From positions 621,273 through 685,272 of the forward strand of contig CAYFNG010000001.1 of assembly GCA_964344385.1 (NCBI GenBank): 64,000 bases of DNA, in the 5' to 3' direction. The DNA comes from an uncultured Sneathiellales bacterium (GTDB taxonomy: Bacteria; Pseudomonadota; Alphaproteobacteria; CAYFNG01). Both the position numbers and the translations under genes were made by a program. Below the pieces are notes generated by a model. That model saw only the letters and a program-made list of their open reading frames with translations. It had not been told where the DNA came from and searched no databases. Of this stretch, positions 20,265-28,867 are shown piece by piece. Within the stretch, counting starts at the first letter, position 1. Every line of letters begins with the position of its first letter.

Positions 20265-20785
20265 CAGAGGCTCGCCCCGCGAAGTTTGGCGATGTCCTTG
20301 AAGAACTCCGAGATCGCCTGCAGCAGCATCAAGAAAAAGCCGAGGCAGATGAAGACTTTGATCGGCCACAGCACCGGCCGCCAGGCGGTCGGGCTGCGCT
20401 CATTGTACTTGAAGGCGTAAGTCGTGCTGTCGATGGCACCGTACAGCAGGACCCCCAGATAGAAGATCAGCAGCAGGATGGTGAAGACATCCACCTTGGA
20501 CTTGGTCGCCGGTTTCCAGTCGCCGTAGAACAGGTCCATGCGGACATGGGCACCCAACTGCATCGAATAGGGTCCGCCCAGGATATAGTATCCGACCATG
20601 ACGAACTGGGCGATTTCCAGGGTCCACAGCGACGGCAGAAAAAAGGTCTTGGAAATCGACGACCACAACAGGACGCCGAACATCACGAAGATGCCGTACA
20701 TGATGACCCGGCCCAGCCGGTAGTTGACCGCGTCGACGACACGGACATAGTGCCGGATGGCGCTTGGCATTTGCTTGTTCATCAC
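20264..20785 (-). CDS. dctQ: TRAP transporter small permease (DctQ family)
   Basis: 173 aa, 4 predicted TM segments. Overlaps the FGase stop (ATGA-type coupling). Confidence 0.8.
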   Translation of the reverse strand: MMNKQMPSAIRHYVRVVDAVNYRLGRVIMYGIFVMFGVLLWSSISKTFFLPSLWTLEIAQFVMVGYYILGGPYSMQLGAHVRMDLFYGDWKPATKSKVDVFTILLLIFYLGVLLYGAIDSTTYAFKYNERSPTAWRPVLWPIKVFICLGFFLMLLQAISEFFKDIAKLRGASL

Positions 20786-21612
20786 GCGGACTCCGTTTGT
20801 CGTGCCTGGGGATCCGTGTGTGAGAATGGTCCATCCGAACCGCCGGGTGCAAGGCTGTCGCTGCGCAAAGACCGGTGGGCCGCCAGGAGATAATCACTCA
20901 GCATCTCTCCCATCACAGCCTGCTCCGTCGGACCGACGATCAGATCGTTGCGGACCTCGATCATCAGGTTCAGGAGCCCTTGGTCGGCGCTATGGCGGAC
21001 CAGGGTATGGGTGACGCCATCCTGCGGGCTGTAGGGCCGGTTGCGCTGGACGTTCAACGACGAAGCGGACGTGGCGCGGAGAAAGGCATCGGCAAACCGC
21101 CGGTCGGTGTCGTGAATGACGCCAAGATGCATTTCGCGCTGCTCGCCCAGATAGACCGGCGAAAAGGAATGCAGGGAAACCAACACCGGCGGGCGGCCTT
21201 CGGCGATCGCCTGCCCGACCACGCCGGCGACTGCATCGTGAAACGGGGTATGGAAACGATCGATTCTGTCCTGGCGCTGGGCAGCCGACAGGTTGAGGTT
21301 GCCGGGGATGTCGTGGGCTTCGCTGCGGGCCGGCACCGCATCATCCCGGTCCGGCGACCGGTTGCAGTCGCAGACAAGGCGCGAGGCCAGCGGCGCGACC
21401 AGCGGTGCGTTCAGGATTTCGGCCATCACCGAAGCGACCGCCAGGGCGCCGGGATCCCAGGCGATATGGCTGTTCAATGCCGGCTGGGTCAGGCCCAGGT
21501 TTTCGAATTCGTCCGGGATGAAAAAAGTGGCGTGGTCGCAGACCAGCACGAACGAACCGTCGCGGCACGGGTTCTTTACCAGACCGCCGAACCCATCCTC
21601 GTCTGGGGGCAT
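20782..21612 (-). CDS. N-formylglutamate amidohydrolase (FGase) family hydrolase
   Basis: About 276 aa from ATG 21612. Similar to the FGase/HutG-like zinc hydrolase family (FVLVCDHATFFIP..., SLHSFSPVY...). Family assignment from memory. Confidence 0.55.
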   Translation of the reverse strand: MPPDEDGFGGLVKNPCRDGSFVLVCDHATFFIPDEFENLGLTQPALNSHIAWDPGALAVASVMAEILNAPLVAPLASRLVCDCNRSPDRDDAVPARSEAHDIPGNLNLSAAQRQDRIDRFHTPFHDAVAGVVGQAIAEGRPPVLVSLHSFSPVYLGEQREMHLGVIHDTDRRFADAFLRATSASSLNVQRNRPYSPQDGVTHTLVRHSADQGLLNLMIEVRNDLIVGPTEQAVMGEMLSDYLLAAHRSLRSDSLAPGGSDGPFSHTDPQARQTESA

Positions 21613-21810
21613 CCCCGCCCCCGATTGCGTGCGCGTCTCCAAGCTCCGCCTTCCCAAGCCTTGCTTTTTTGAAGCTATTTTTTCAGAATTGATTGGGCTG
21701 TCAAGTATATTGCTGAATGGTTTTCTTCAAATCGTCGCGGCAGTGCGATAATTTGCAGGGTATTCCAGGGGCGACCGCGCAGGGCCTTGCCCCGGGGACG
21801 GAGTGGGGAC

Positions 21811-22686
21811 ATGGCTGAATTCCACGATCCGACCGTCGCTGAGCGCATACAAACCCGGTTCGATGAATTGACCCGGGCGGAACGGCAATTGGCCAATGCG
21901 TTGATGGCCAACTATCCCGCCTCCGGCCTGGGCAGCATCACGGCAATCGCCGAAGCGTCGCAGGTTTCGACCCCGACCGTGGTCCGGATGGCGAAGAAGC
22001 TCGGTTTCCGGGGCTTCCCGGAACTGCAGGCGGCGCTCAGGACCGAGGTCGAGGCAACGATTTCCAACCCCATCGCCAAGCACAACCATTGGGCCGAGGG
22101 GGCCCCGGACACCCATATCCTGAACCGCTTCGCCGACGCGATGATGGCCAATCTGCGCCAGACCCTGCGCCAGATCGATCCGGCGGAATTCGACGCGGTG
22201 GCGCAATTGCTCTCGGACCGTAGCCGCGCCGTTCACGTGGTGGGGGGGCGCATCACCCGCTCGCTGGCCGACTACTTCTTCACCCACATGCAGGTGATCC
22301 GCGACCGCACCACATTGGTTGCATCGAACTCCAACACCTGGCCCCACTACGTCTTGAACATGGGGGAAGGCGACGTGCTGGTCGCCTTCGACATCAGGCG
22401 CTACGAACGCGACATCCTGCGGCTGGCAGAGATCGCCGAGTCCAAGGGGGTGGTGCTTGTGCTGTTCACCGACCAGTGGGGATCGCCGGCGGCCCGCCAC
22501 GCCGCGCACAGCTTCCGTTCGCGGATCGAAGCACCCTCGGCCTGGGATTCGTCAGTGGTCATCCTGTTCGTGGTCGAGGCCATGATCGCCGCGGTACAGA
22601 ACCTCAGCTGGGACGAAACCGAGGAGCGCATGCAGTCGCTGGAGGAGCTGTTCGACCGCACCCGCCTGTTCCGCAAATTCGTCTGA
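21811..22686 (+). CDS. RpiR/MurR-family transcriptional regulator (HTH + SIS)
   Basis: HTH ITAIAEASQVSTPTVVRMAKKLGFRGF, then a SIS domain. ATG 21811 behind GGAGTGGGGA. Divergent from the TRAP operon. Confidence 0.8.
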   Translation: MAEFHDPTVAERIQTRFDELTRAERQLANALMANYPASGLGSITAIAEASQVSTPTVVRMAKKLGFRGFPELQAALRTEVEATISNPIAKHNHWAEGAPDTHILNRFADAMMANLRQTLRQIDPAEFDAVAQLLSDRSRAVHVVGGRITRSLADYFFTHMQVIRDRTTLVASNSNTWPHYVLNMGEGDVLVAFDIRRYERDILRLAEIAESKGVVLVLFTDQWGSPAARHAAHSFRSRIEAPSAWDSSVVILFVVEAMIAAVQNLSWDETEERMQSLEELFDRTRLFRKFV

Positions 22687-22707
22687 ACAAGCCCGGCGAA
22701 ATGTGAA

Positions 22708-25431
22708 CTATGCGCGGCGATCAAGAAGGGTCCGCGCCTTTTGCAGCAAATCGGTTGCGGTAAAAGGTTTGCGGATGACGGCGGCGCCGGCGCCGAGCCT
22801 TTCATCCTGGAGGAGGGTCTGCGCGGCAAAACCGGAGGTGTATAGGACCTTGAGGCCGGGCACTCTGCGGACGGCCTCCATCGCGACATCGACGCCGTCA
22901 AGGCCGCCGGGCAGAACTAGGTCGACGAACAGAAGGTCGAAATCGGGGTGTGCGGCCATCGCGTCGACCGCCTCGGTTCCGTCCGCCGCCTCGATCACCT
23001 CGTAGCCGTCGTGGCGGAGGATGGTCGCTGATATATCCCTGACGTCCGGATTGTCGTCGACCACCAGGATCTTCCTGGAGCCGGGCCCCGGTTCGCTCCT
23101 CTCCGGCGCGGCGTCCAGGGTCGCGGACTGGGTCGGCGCAAGCCGGTGCCGGTCGACGGACGCTTCGGCCTGGGGCAGGTACAGGGTGATCGTCGTGCCC
23201 TGCCCGACCTCACTCTCGATCGTGATATGCCCGCGCGATTGCATGGCAAAACCATAGACCATGCTCAATCCCAAACCGCTGCCTTTGCCGACCTCTTTGG
23301 TCGTGTAGAACGGCTCCATAACCCGGTCGAGGTTTTCCGTCGCGATGCCGTTGCCGCTGTCGCTGACGGCGATTTTGACGTAATTGCCGGCCACGAAATC
23401 CTCCACATTGGCCGCGTAGGTTTCGTCCAGCGTGACGTTGCATGCTTCGATCACCAGCGAGCCGCCGCCCGGCATCGCATCCCGGGCGTTAATCGCCAAA
23501 TTGATCAATGCATTCTCCAGTTGGTTGGGGTCGACCAGGGCCAGCCAGAGCCCTGGTGCCGATTTGACCTCCAGGGAAATGGTTGCGCCTAAAGTGCGCT
23601 GCAGCAAATCGGTCAGGCCACCCACCAGTTCCACAAGATCCACCACGGCCGGCGCCAAAGTCTGCTTCCGGGAATAGGTCAGCAGGCGGTGGGTCAGCGC
23701 GGCGCCCCGTTCGATGGTTTCCTTGATCATGCCGATATGGGCCATCGATTCGGGGTCATCGCCCAGCTTGCCTTCCAGGAGCTCGACATTGCCGATGATG
23801 ATGCTCATCAGATTGTTGAAATCATGGGCAATCCCGCCAGTCAATTGGCCCACGGTCTCCATCTTCTGCGACTGTTGCAGCCGTTCCTGGGTTTCGCGGT
23901 GCGCCATTTCGGCTTCGACCCGCGACGTGATATCCAACGTCATCGTGCAGATGCGGGTCACGTCGTGTGCGCGGTTCTTGATCGGGATCTTGCCGATCAG
24001 CAGGGTTTCGCGGCGCCCGCCCTTCTCGATCATGTCTTCGTAAAACGGCATACTTTCACCGGTATCCATCACCTGCCGGTTCTGCGCTCTTGCCTTGGCC
24101 GCGATATTGTCAGGCAACGTGTCGTAGAACGACGTTCCGACGGCATCCTCCGGGTCGTAACCCCAGGTTTCCGCTTCCAGCCGGTTGGCGAAGACCAATC
24201 GCCCATCGGGTTCGACCAGCGTAACCCCGACGGGCAAGGCGTTGAGGATCGACGCCAGCAGGTCGCGGCTTTCCTGCAGCCGCTGCTCGGCCTCTTTGCG
24301 TTGGGTGACGTTCCTGGTCACGCCCCGATAGCCGAGGAACGAGCCGTCTTCGGCAAACATCGGCTTGCCACTGACACTGATCCAGGTGTTGTCCCGCAAG
24401 TCGGAGCGGCGTTCGACATTGCGATAGGCGCGACGCGCCTGCATGGCCAGTGATTCCGCGTCTGTCTCGGCCGGATTGGACCCGGAGGCCAGGATCTCTT
24501 CATGCCTCTTGCCCAACAAGGCCGATGGCGGGGCGCCAAATTCTTTCTCGGTCGACGAAACGAAGGTGAAGCGCAGATCCCGGTCGGTCTCCCACAACAT
24601 CTCCGCCGACAGCTCGGCAAAGTCCCGGAACCTGGCTTCACTTTGCATGAGTGCGATTTCGGCGTTCTTCTGTTCGGTTATGTCGGTCCGGACGCTAAGG
24701 GTGCCGCCCAGTTGGGTGCGAAAGTCCGAATGCACGATCCACCGCCCGGCCACCGTCAGATATTCCAACCCAGCCTGGCAGCGGCGGAACTCGGCCATTC
24801 TCCGGGCAAGAACCTCCTCGATCGATGTCACCCGCCCCGCCTGGTAAAGGCTCTCGGCGACCCGCCGCGCCAAGTGTTCGAACGGAACCCCGGGTTTCAG
24901 CAGATCGGCATGGTTGGGGTAATAGTCCCGGAAGTGCTGGTTGAAGATGACCAGCCTTTCTTCGGCATCGAACAGGGCAAGGCCCGCGGACACGCTTTCA
25001 AAGGCATCCACCAGGTGGGCTTCCGACTTGCGGACCTCCTCCTCCACCCATATTTGTTCGGTGATATCGAACCAGAGCCCGATCGTGCCGCCGAAATCGG
25101 GCACCGGGCGTTCGCGGATCAGAAACCAGCGGCCGTCATTGACTAGGCGTTGGGTATCGCCGCCATCGCGATGGGTGCGAAGGCGTTCCTGGACCCAGTC
25201 CTCTGCCCGCCCCATGGCCTGGGGGACCTGGCCGCGCCGGGCGATCTCACGGATCATGTCTTCGAAGGTGATCCCGGGAACCAGCAAATCGTCGACTTCG
25301 GCGTTTAATGCCTCATAGGCTTGGTTCCACAACAATAACTTGTCGTCGGAATCGAATAAAACCACGCCGTCATCCAGCCTGGCAACGATGGCGCGAAATA
25401 CAGAAAGAGGGTCGCCGCTCTTCGTGGTCAA
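22708..25431 (-). CDS. hybrid sensor histidine kinase/response regulator with multiple PAS domains
   Basis: 907 aa. About four PAS-like segments, HisKA (GIAHDFNNLMSII), HATPase_c (GSGLGLSMVYG) and a C-terminal REC domain (ILVVDDNPDVRD...D). Apparent TTG start. Confidence 0.85.
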   Translation of the reverse strand: MTTKSGDPLSVFRAIVARLDDGVVLFDSDDKLLLWNQAYEALNAEVDDLLVPGITFEDMIREIARRGQVPQAMGRAEDWVQERLRTHRDGGDTQRLVNDGRWFLIRERPVPDFGGTIGLWFDITEQIWVEEEVRKSEAHLVDAFESVSAGLALFDAEERLVIFNQHFRDYYPNHADLLKPGVPFEHLARRVAESLYQAGRVTSIEEVLARRMAEFRRCQAGLEYLTVAGRWIVHSDFRTQLGGTLSVRTDITEQKNAEIALMQSEARFRDFAELSAEMLWETDRDLRFTFVSSTEKEFGAPPSALLGKRHEEILASGSNPAETDAESLAMQARRAYRNVERRSDLRDNTWISVSGKPMFAEDGSFLGYRGVTRNVTQRKEAEQRLQESRDLLASILNALPVGVTLVEPDGRLVFANRLEAETWGYDPEDAVGTSFYDTLPDNIAAKARAQNRQVMDTGESMPFYEDMIEKGGRRETLLIGKIPIKNRAHDVTRICTMTLDITSRVEAEMAHRETQERLQQSQKMETVGQLTGGIAHDFNNLMSIIIGNVELLEGKLGDDPESMAHIGMIKETIERGAALTHRLLTYSRKQTLAPAVVDLVELVGGLTDLLQRTLGATISLEVKSAPGLWLALVDPNQLENALINLAINARDAMPGGGSLVIEACNVTLDETYAANVEDFVAGNYVKIAVSDSGNGIATENLDRVMEPFYTTKEVGKGSGLGLSMVYGFAMQSRGHITIESEVGQGTTITLYLPQAEASVDRHRLAPTQSATLDAAPERSEPGPGSRKILVVDDNPDVRDISATILRHDGYEVIEAADGTEAVDAMAAHPDFDLLFVDLVLPGGLDGVDVAMEAVRRVPGLKVLYTSGFAAQTLLQDERLGAGAAVIRKPFTATDLLQKARTLLDRRA

Positions 25432-25685
25432 ATTAACGCTACCCTTCTTGCATCACCATTAGCACGAACTCAGGTAAGCAAGACGTCGTCCCTATTTCAG
25501 CGGTCTCTGGTCGTTTTTTCCATAACTTAGAACCTAACCTGAAAGAGTCAAACCGAAATGAACACACCAAAAAACGTCATGAATGGCTCGGTTTCTCAGG
25601 TGATTTCCTTTGGCGGCGATTTGCGATGGCATGCCGTCGCCGTTTCCGCTTTGATGACGGTTGGATAACCCAAAGGGAGAGGTCG

Positions 25686-26072
25686 ATGACGGGGGAGAGT
25701 GCGGAACCACGGGGCGAATTGTCGCTGCGTACCCTGGCCATGCCGGCCGACACCAACCCGGCCGGCGACATTTTCGGCGGCTGGGTGGTGTCGCAGATGG
25801 ACATCGCCGCCGGCATCGCGGCCGGCAAGCGGGCCGACGGCAGGGTCGCCACGGTTGCCATCGAATCGATGCGCTTCCACCGCCCGGTCAAGGTCGGCGA
25901 CGTGCTCTGCGTCTACACCGACATCGCCAAGACCGGCCGAACTTCGATAACCATCCACCTGGAGGCCTGGGTGCTGCGCGACCGGCTGGGCCGGCGGGAG
26001 AAGGTGACCGAAGGCGTCTTCACCTTCGTCGCCATCGACGCGCAGGGCCGGAAACGGCCGCTGCCCGCTTGA
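25686..26072 (+). CDS. acyl-CoA thioesterase, hotdog fold (YciA-like)
   Basis: 128 aa from ATG 25686 behind GGGAGAGG. NPAGDIFGGWVVSQMDIAAGIAA... is typical of YciA-type thioesterases. Confidence 0.75.
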   Translation: MTGESAEPRGELSLRTLAMPADTNPAGDIFGGWVVSQMDIAAGIAAGKRADGRVATVAIESMRFHRPVKVGDVLCVYTDIAKTGRTSITIHLEAWVLRDRLGRREKVTEGVFTFVAIDAQGRKRPLPA

Positions 26073-26093
26073 GAGTCGTTTTCGTTCGTCGCT

Positions 26094-26171
26094 GTTCCAT
26101 CCCGCTCCCCCTCCCAACCACCCATGGCATGGTACCCTGTTGGGTGGTTGGGAGGGGGAACGGGATGGAAC
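26094..26171. repeat. long imperfect palindrome / stem-loop (30-bp arms, 1 mismatch, ~18-nt loop)
   Basis: Left arm GTTCCATCCCGCTCCCCCTCCCAACCACCC (26094-26123). Right arm GGGTGGTTGGGAGGGGGAACGGGATGGAAC (26142-26171). Lies between two co-directional genes. Confidence 0.6.
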
Positions 26172-26230
26172 AACACCCCAAAGGCCGCGTATAGCGGCGT
26201 TTGGACCAAAACAGAGGCCACCACTCCCCC

Positions 26231-27004
26231 ATGGCATTGCAACTTTCCCATTCCGATCTTGGTCATGGCGAAACGCTGATCATCCTGCACGGCCTGTTCG
26301 GGTCGAAACGCAATTGGGGCAGCATCGCCAAAGCGTTGAGTTCCGATCACCGGGTGCTGGCCCTGGACCTGCGCAATCACGGCGACAGCCCCTGGGATGC
26401 CGACATGCGCTACGAGGCGATGGCGGAGGATCTGGGCCGGTTCATCCACCAGCACAATCTGGCGCCGACCACCGTGGTCGGCCATTCCATGGGCGGCAAG
26501 GTGGCAATGGCCGCGGCCCTGGCCAGGCCGGGGCAGATTCGCCGGCTGGTGATCGTCGACATCGCACCGGCGCCGACGGGAAGCGAGCTACACGCCTATA
26601 TCGAGGCCATGGCCGAGGTGCCGCTGGGTGCGATCGCCAATCGCGACGAGGCCGGCGAATACCTCGAATATGCGGTGCCGGACCCGGTGGTGCGCGGCTT
26701 TCTGTTGCAGAACCTGGTGCGGGACGGCGACCGCTATCGCTGGCGGATCAATCTGGCAGCGCTGGACGACGGCATGGCCGAGATCACGGACTTTCCCCAG
26801 ATCACGCCCGGACGCTCCTATGCCGGCCCCACCTTGTTCATCGCCGGCGGCAGGTCACCCTATATCAAGCCGCACCACCACGCGATCATTCACCGGCTGT
26901 TCCCCCACGCCGAAATCCGCATCATTTCCGGCGCCGGCCATTGGGTCCACGCCGAAGCGCCGCGGCAATTCCTGGACATGTTGAAGGAGTTCCTGGCGGG
27001 TTGA
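26231..27004 (+). CDS. alpha/beta-fold hydrolase (YbfF-like esterase)
   Basis: GHSMGG nucleophile elbow. 257 aa from ATG 26231. The track ORF begins at a TTG at 26201. Confidence 0.8.
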   Translation: MALQLSHSDLGHGETLIILHGLFGSKRNWGSIAKALSSDHRVLALDLRNHGDSPWDADMRYEAMAEDLGRFIHQHNLAPTTVVGHSMGGKVAMAAALARPGQIRRLVIVDIAPAPTGSELHAYIEAMAEVPLGAIANRDEAGEYLEYAVPDPVVRGFLLQNLVRDGDRYRWRINLAALDDGMAEITDFPQITPGRSYAGPTLFIAGGRSPYIKPHHHAIIHRLFPHAEIRIISGAGHWVHAEAPRQFLDMLKEFLAG

Positions 27005-27224
27005 AAAAGGGGACTGCTCCGACCCCCGACCACCGCCTCGTCCTTCGAGATACCGCTATCGCGGCTCCTTGAGGCATGAGGCTCCGCTCGCGCGCCACAC
27101 CGTCTTTGGCGGCACAACAGACCTCGCCTCATGCTGAGGAGCCGCGGCACGCGGCGTCTCGAAGCATGTTGCTAGCTCGTCGCTGCAAAAAGGGGCAGCC
27201 ACCTTTCTCCGCAAGGCGCGGGCG

Positions 27225-27542
27225 TCAGCTTGCCATCATTGCGGCGCGGGTCGGCTCGCCGTGCAGGAAGGTCAGGCGGGCGTCGGTCTTCGACGGCGTG
27301 ATCTCCATGATCTCGGCCTTGACCACGTCCTCGGCGACGAACGGGTCGCGGCTGACCCGGGCCTCGAGATCGGTGCGGGTCGTGTTGTGGGCCAGGATCG
27401 CACCGCCCAGCTTGGGCTGCAGGCTGCCGCTGACCAGGAATACCCCGTCCTCGAAGCCCCGCTTGATCCAATCACTGTGCCCGGCCATGTGATGGCCGGC
27501 CGCCGCCTTGTTGTCCGAGAATTTGAGCAGCACCAGGTACAT
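27225..27542 (-). CDS. YciI-like protein (dimeric alpha/beta barrel)
   Basis: 105 aa from ATG 27542, MYLVLLKFSDNKAAAGHHMAGHSDWIKRGFEDGVFLVSGSLQP. The N-terminal part of the longer ORF is implausible. Confidence 0.6.
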   Translation of the reverse strand: MYLVLLKFSDNKAAAGHHMAGHSDWIKRGFEDGVFLVSGSLQPKLGGAILAHNTTRTDLEARVSRDPFVAEDVVKAEIMEITPSKTDARLTFLHGEPTRAAMMAS

Positions 27543-27559
27543 TGTTCTCTCTCCGGTAT

Positions 27560-28159
27560 TCAGGATTTTGTCATTGGTTCCGCCGGACCGGCCTTGTCCA
27601 GGCAAGTGCAAAGCCAGTCGCACATTTCCTCGACCTCGCGGTCGATGAAGCTTTCGTCGTGGAAGGCGTTGGCCAACGCCGCCGCGCCCTGACTGCGGGC
27701 CAGCAGGTGTGTGGCAAGCGTGTCGGCGTTCTGGCAGCAGCCCGCCGCCCGGAACTGCCGCCGCAGCCAGGTTCGGAACAGGCCGAACAGCGCGTTGGCT
27801 TCGTCGCGCGAGACATGGCCGAGCTTGGCAAGTTCCGTGCACAACGTGCCGACCGGGCAGCCGAACCGGACGATCTTGTCCCGGTTGCCGACCAACATGT
27901 GGATGAACCCCTTGATCCGCGCTTCCGGCGTTTCGCCTTGCGCCTCCCACTGGTCCAGCATGCGCTTTGTGTTGACCAGCCGGGCCGCGATCACGGCCTC
28001 CAGGATTTCGTCCTTGGATTTGAAGTGATAGTAGAAATTTCCCTTGGCGATGTTCACGGCATCGGCGATATCGGCAAACGAGGTGTGATCGTAGCCGCGC
28101 TGGTAGAACAGCCGGTCGGCGGCTTCGACGATCTGGTCGCGCGTCGTTTTGCCGGTCAT
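27560..28159 (-). CDS. TetR/AcrR-family transcriptional regulator
   Basis: N-terminal HTH RDQIVEAADRLFYQRGYDHTSFADIADAVNIAKGNFYYHFKSKDEIL. Confidence 0.85.
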   Translation of the reverse strand: MTGKTTRDQIVEAADRLFYQRGYDHTSFADIADAVNIAKGNFYYHFKSKDEILEAVIAARLVNTKRMLDQWEAQGETPEARIKGFIHMLVGNRDKIVRFGCPVGTLCTELAKLGHVSRDEANALFGLFRTWLRRQFRAAGCCQNADTLATHLLARSQGAAALANAFHDESFIDREVEEMCDWLCTCLDKAGPAEPMTKS

Positions 28160-28297
28160 GGATCCGCCTCGACTCCTGGAAAACTCGTAGGACGTCCGTC
28201 CTAAAGAGCTAATTAGGACGATCGTCTGAGTCCGTCAAGAGGCGATCGGCGGTTTCTGAAAAGAATTCTGTGATCGCCGCCGTCGCCGGCCGGGCGC

Positions 28298-28867
28298 TTA
28301 AGCGATGTTGCGCGCCGAGACCGCGACTGTATCCCGGAACGAGGCCGCCGAGGACGAGGCCGAAAGCAGCAGGAAACTGTCCTTATCCTCGGCCAGGATG
28401 ATCACTCCCAGATGCTCCATCACGGTGCGCGCCACCCGGCCCGGCGGAAAGGCGGACGGTGCCAGGTCCAAGGGGCAGATCCGCTCCAATGCCTCGCGGA
28501 CCCGGGGACCGCTCAGGCGCAGCACCACCCAATTGTCGGACTGCAGGGTGGTGTAGCCGGCCTGGCCCAGCTTGTCCGCCACCAGGTTGGCAGCATCGGC
28601 ACCGTCATGGCTGAAAATCGCGAACATCTGGTCCTGGGCGAGCCCGAGGAAGCGCACCGCCCCATCCGGGGAGGCGGTCGAGCCGCCCGGCGCCGCCAGG
28701 CCGGCGCCATAGGCCTGGTCCAGCGCCGTTGCCAGTGCCTCGGCGCCGCCCAGTGGCACCGCGATCGAAACGATGGCCAGGTCGGCGGCCTCGGCAAGTT
28801 CGACGCCGTCGAAACTCTCCTGATAGCCACCCAGGGGCGAACCGGCGGTGAGGGTGTAATCAGACAC
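28298..28867 (-). CDS. soxG: sarcosine oxidase gamma subunit
   Basis: About 189 aa from GTG 28867 behind a GGAG RBS, overlapping the soxA stop (GTGTCTGA). Position and size match SoxG of heterotetrameric sarcosine oxidase. Confidence 0.75.
   Translation of the reverse strand: MSDYTLTAGSPLGGYQESFDGVELAEAADLAIVSIAVPLGGAEALATALDQAYGAGLAAPGGSTASPDGAVRFLGLAQDQMFAIFSHDGADAANLVADKLGQAGYTTLQSDNWVVLRLSGPRVREALERICPLDLAPSAFPPGRVARTVMEHLGVIILAEDKDSFLLLSASSSAASFRDTVAVSARNIA

Noticed and set aside
25577-25891. 104-aa minus-strand ORF overlapping the thioesterase start
   Set aside because: It overlaps a well-supported plus-strand gene and the HK/thioesterase divergent promoter region. It shows no family similarity.
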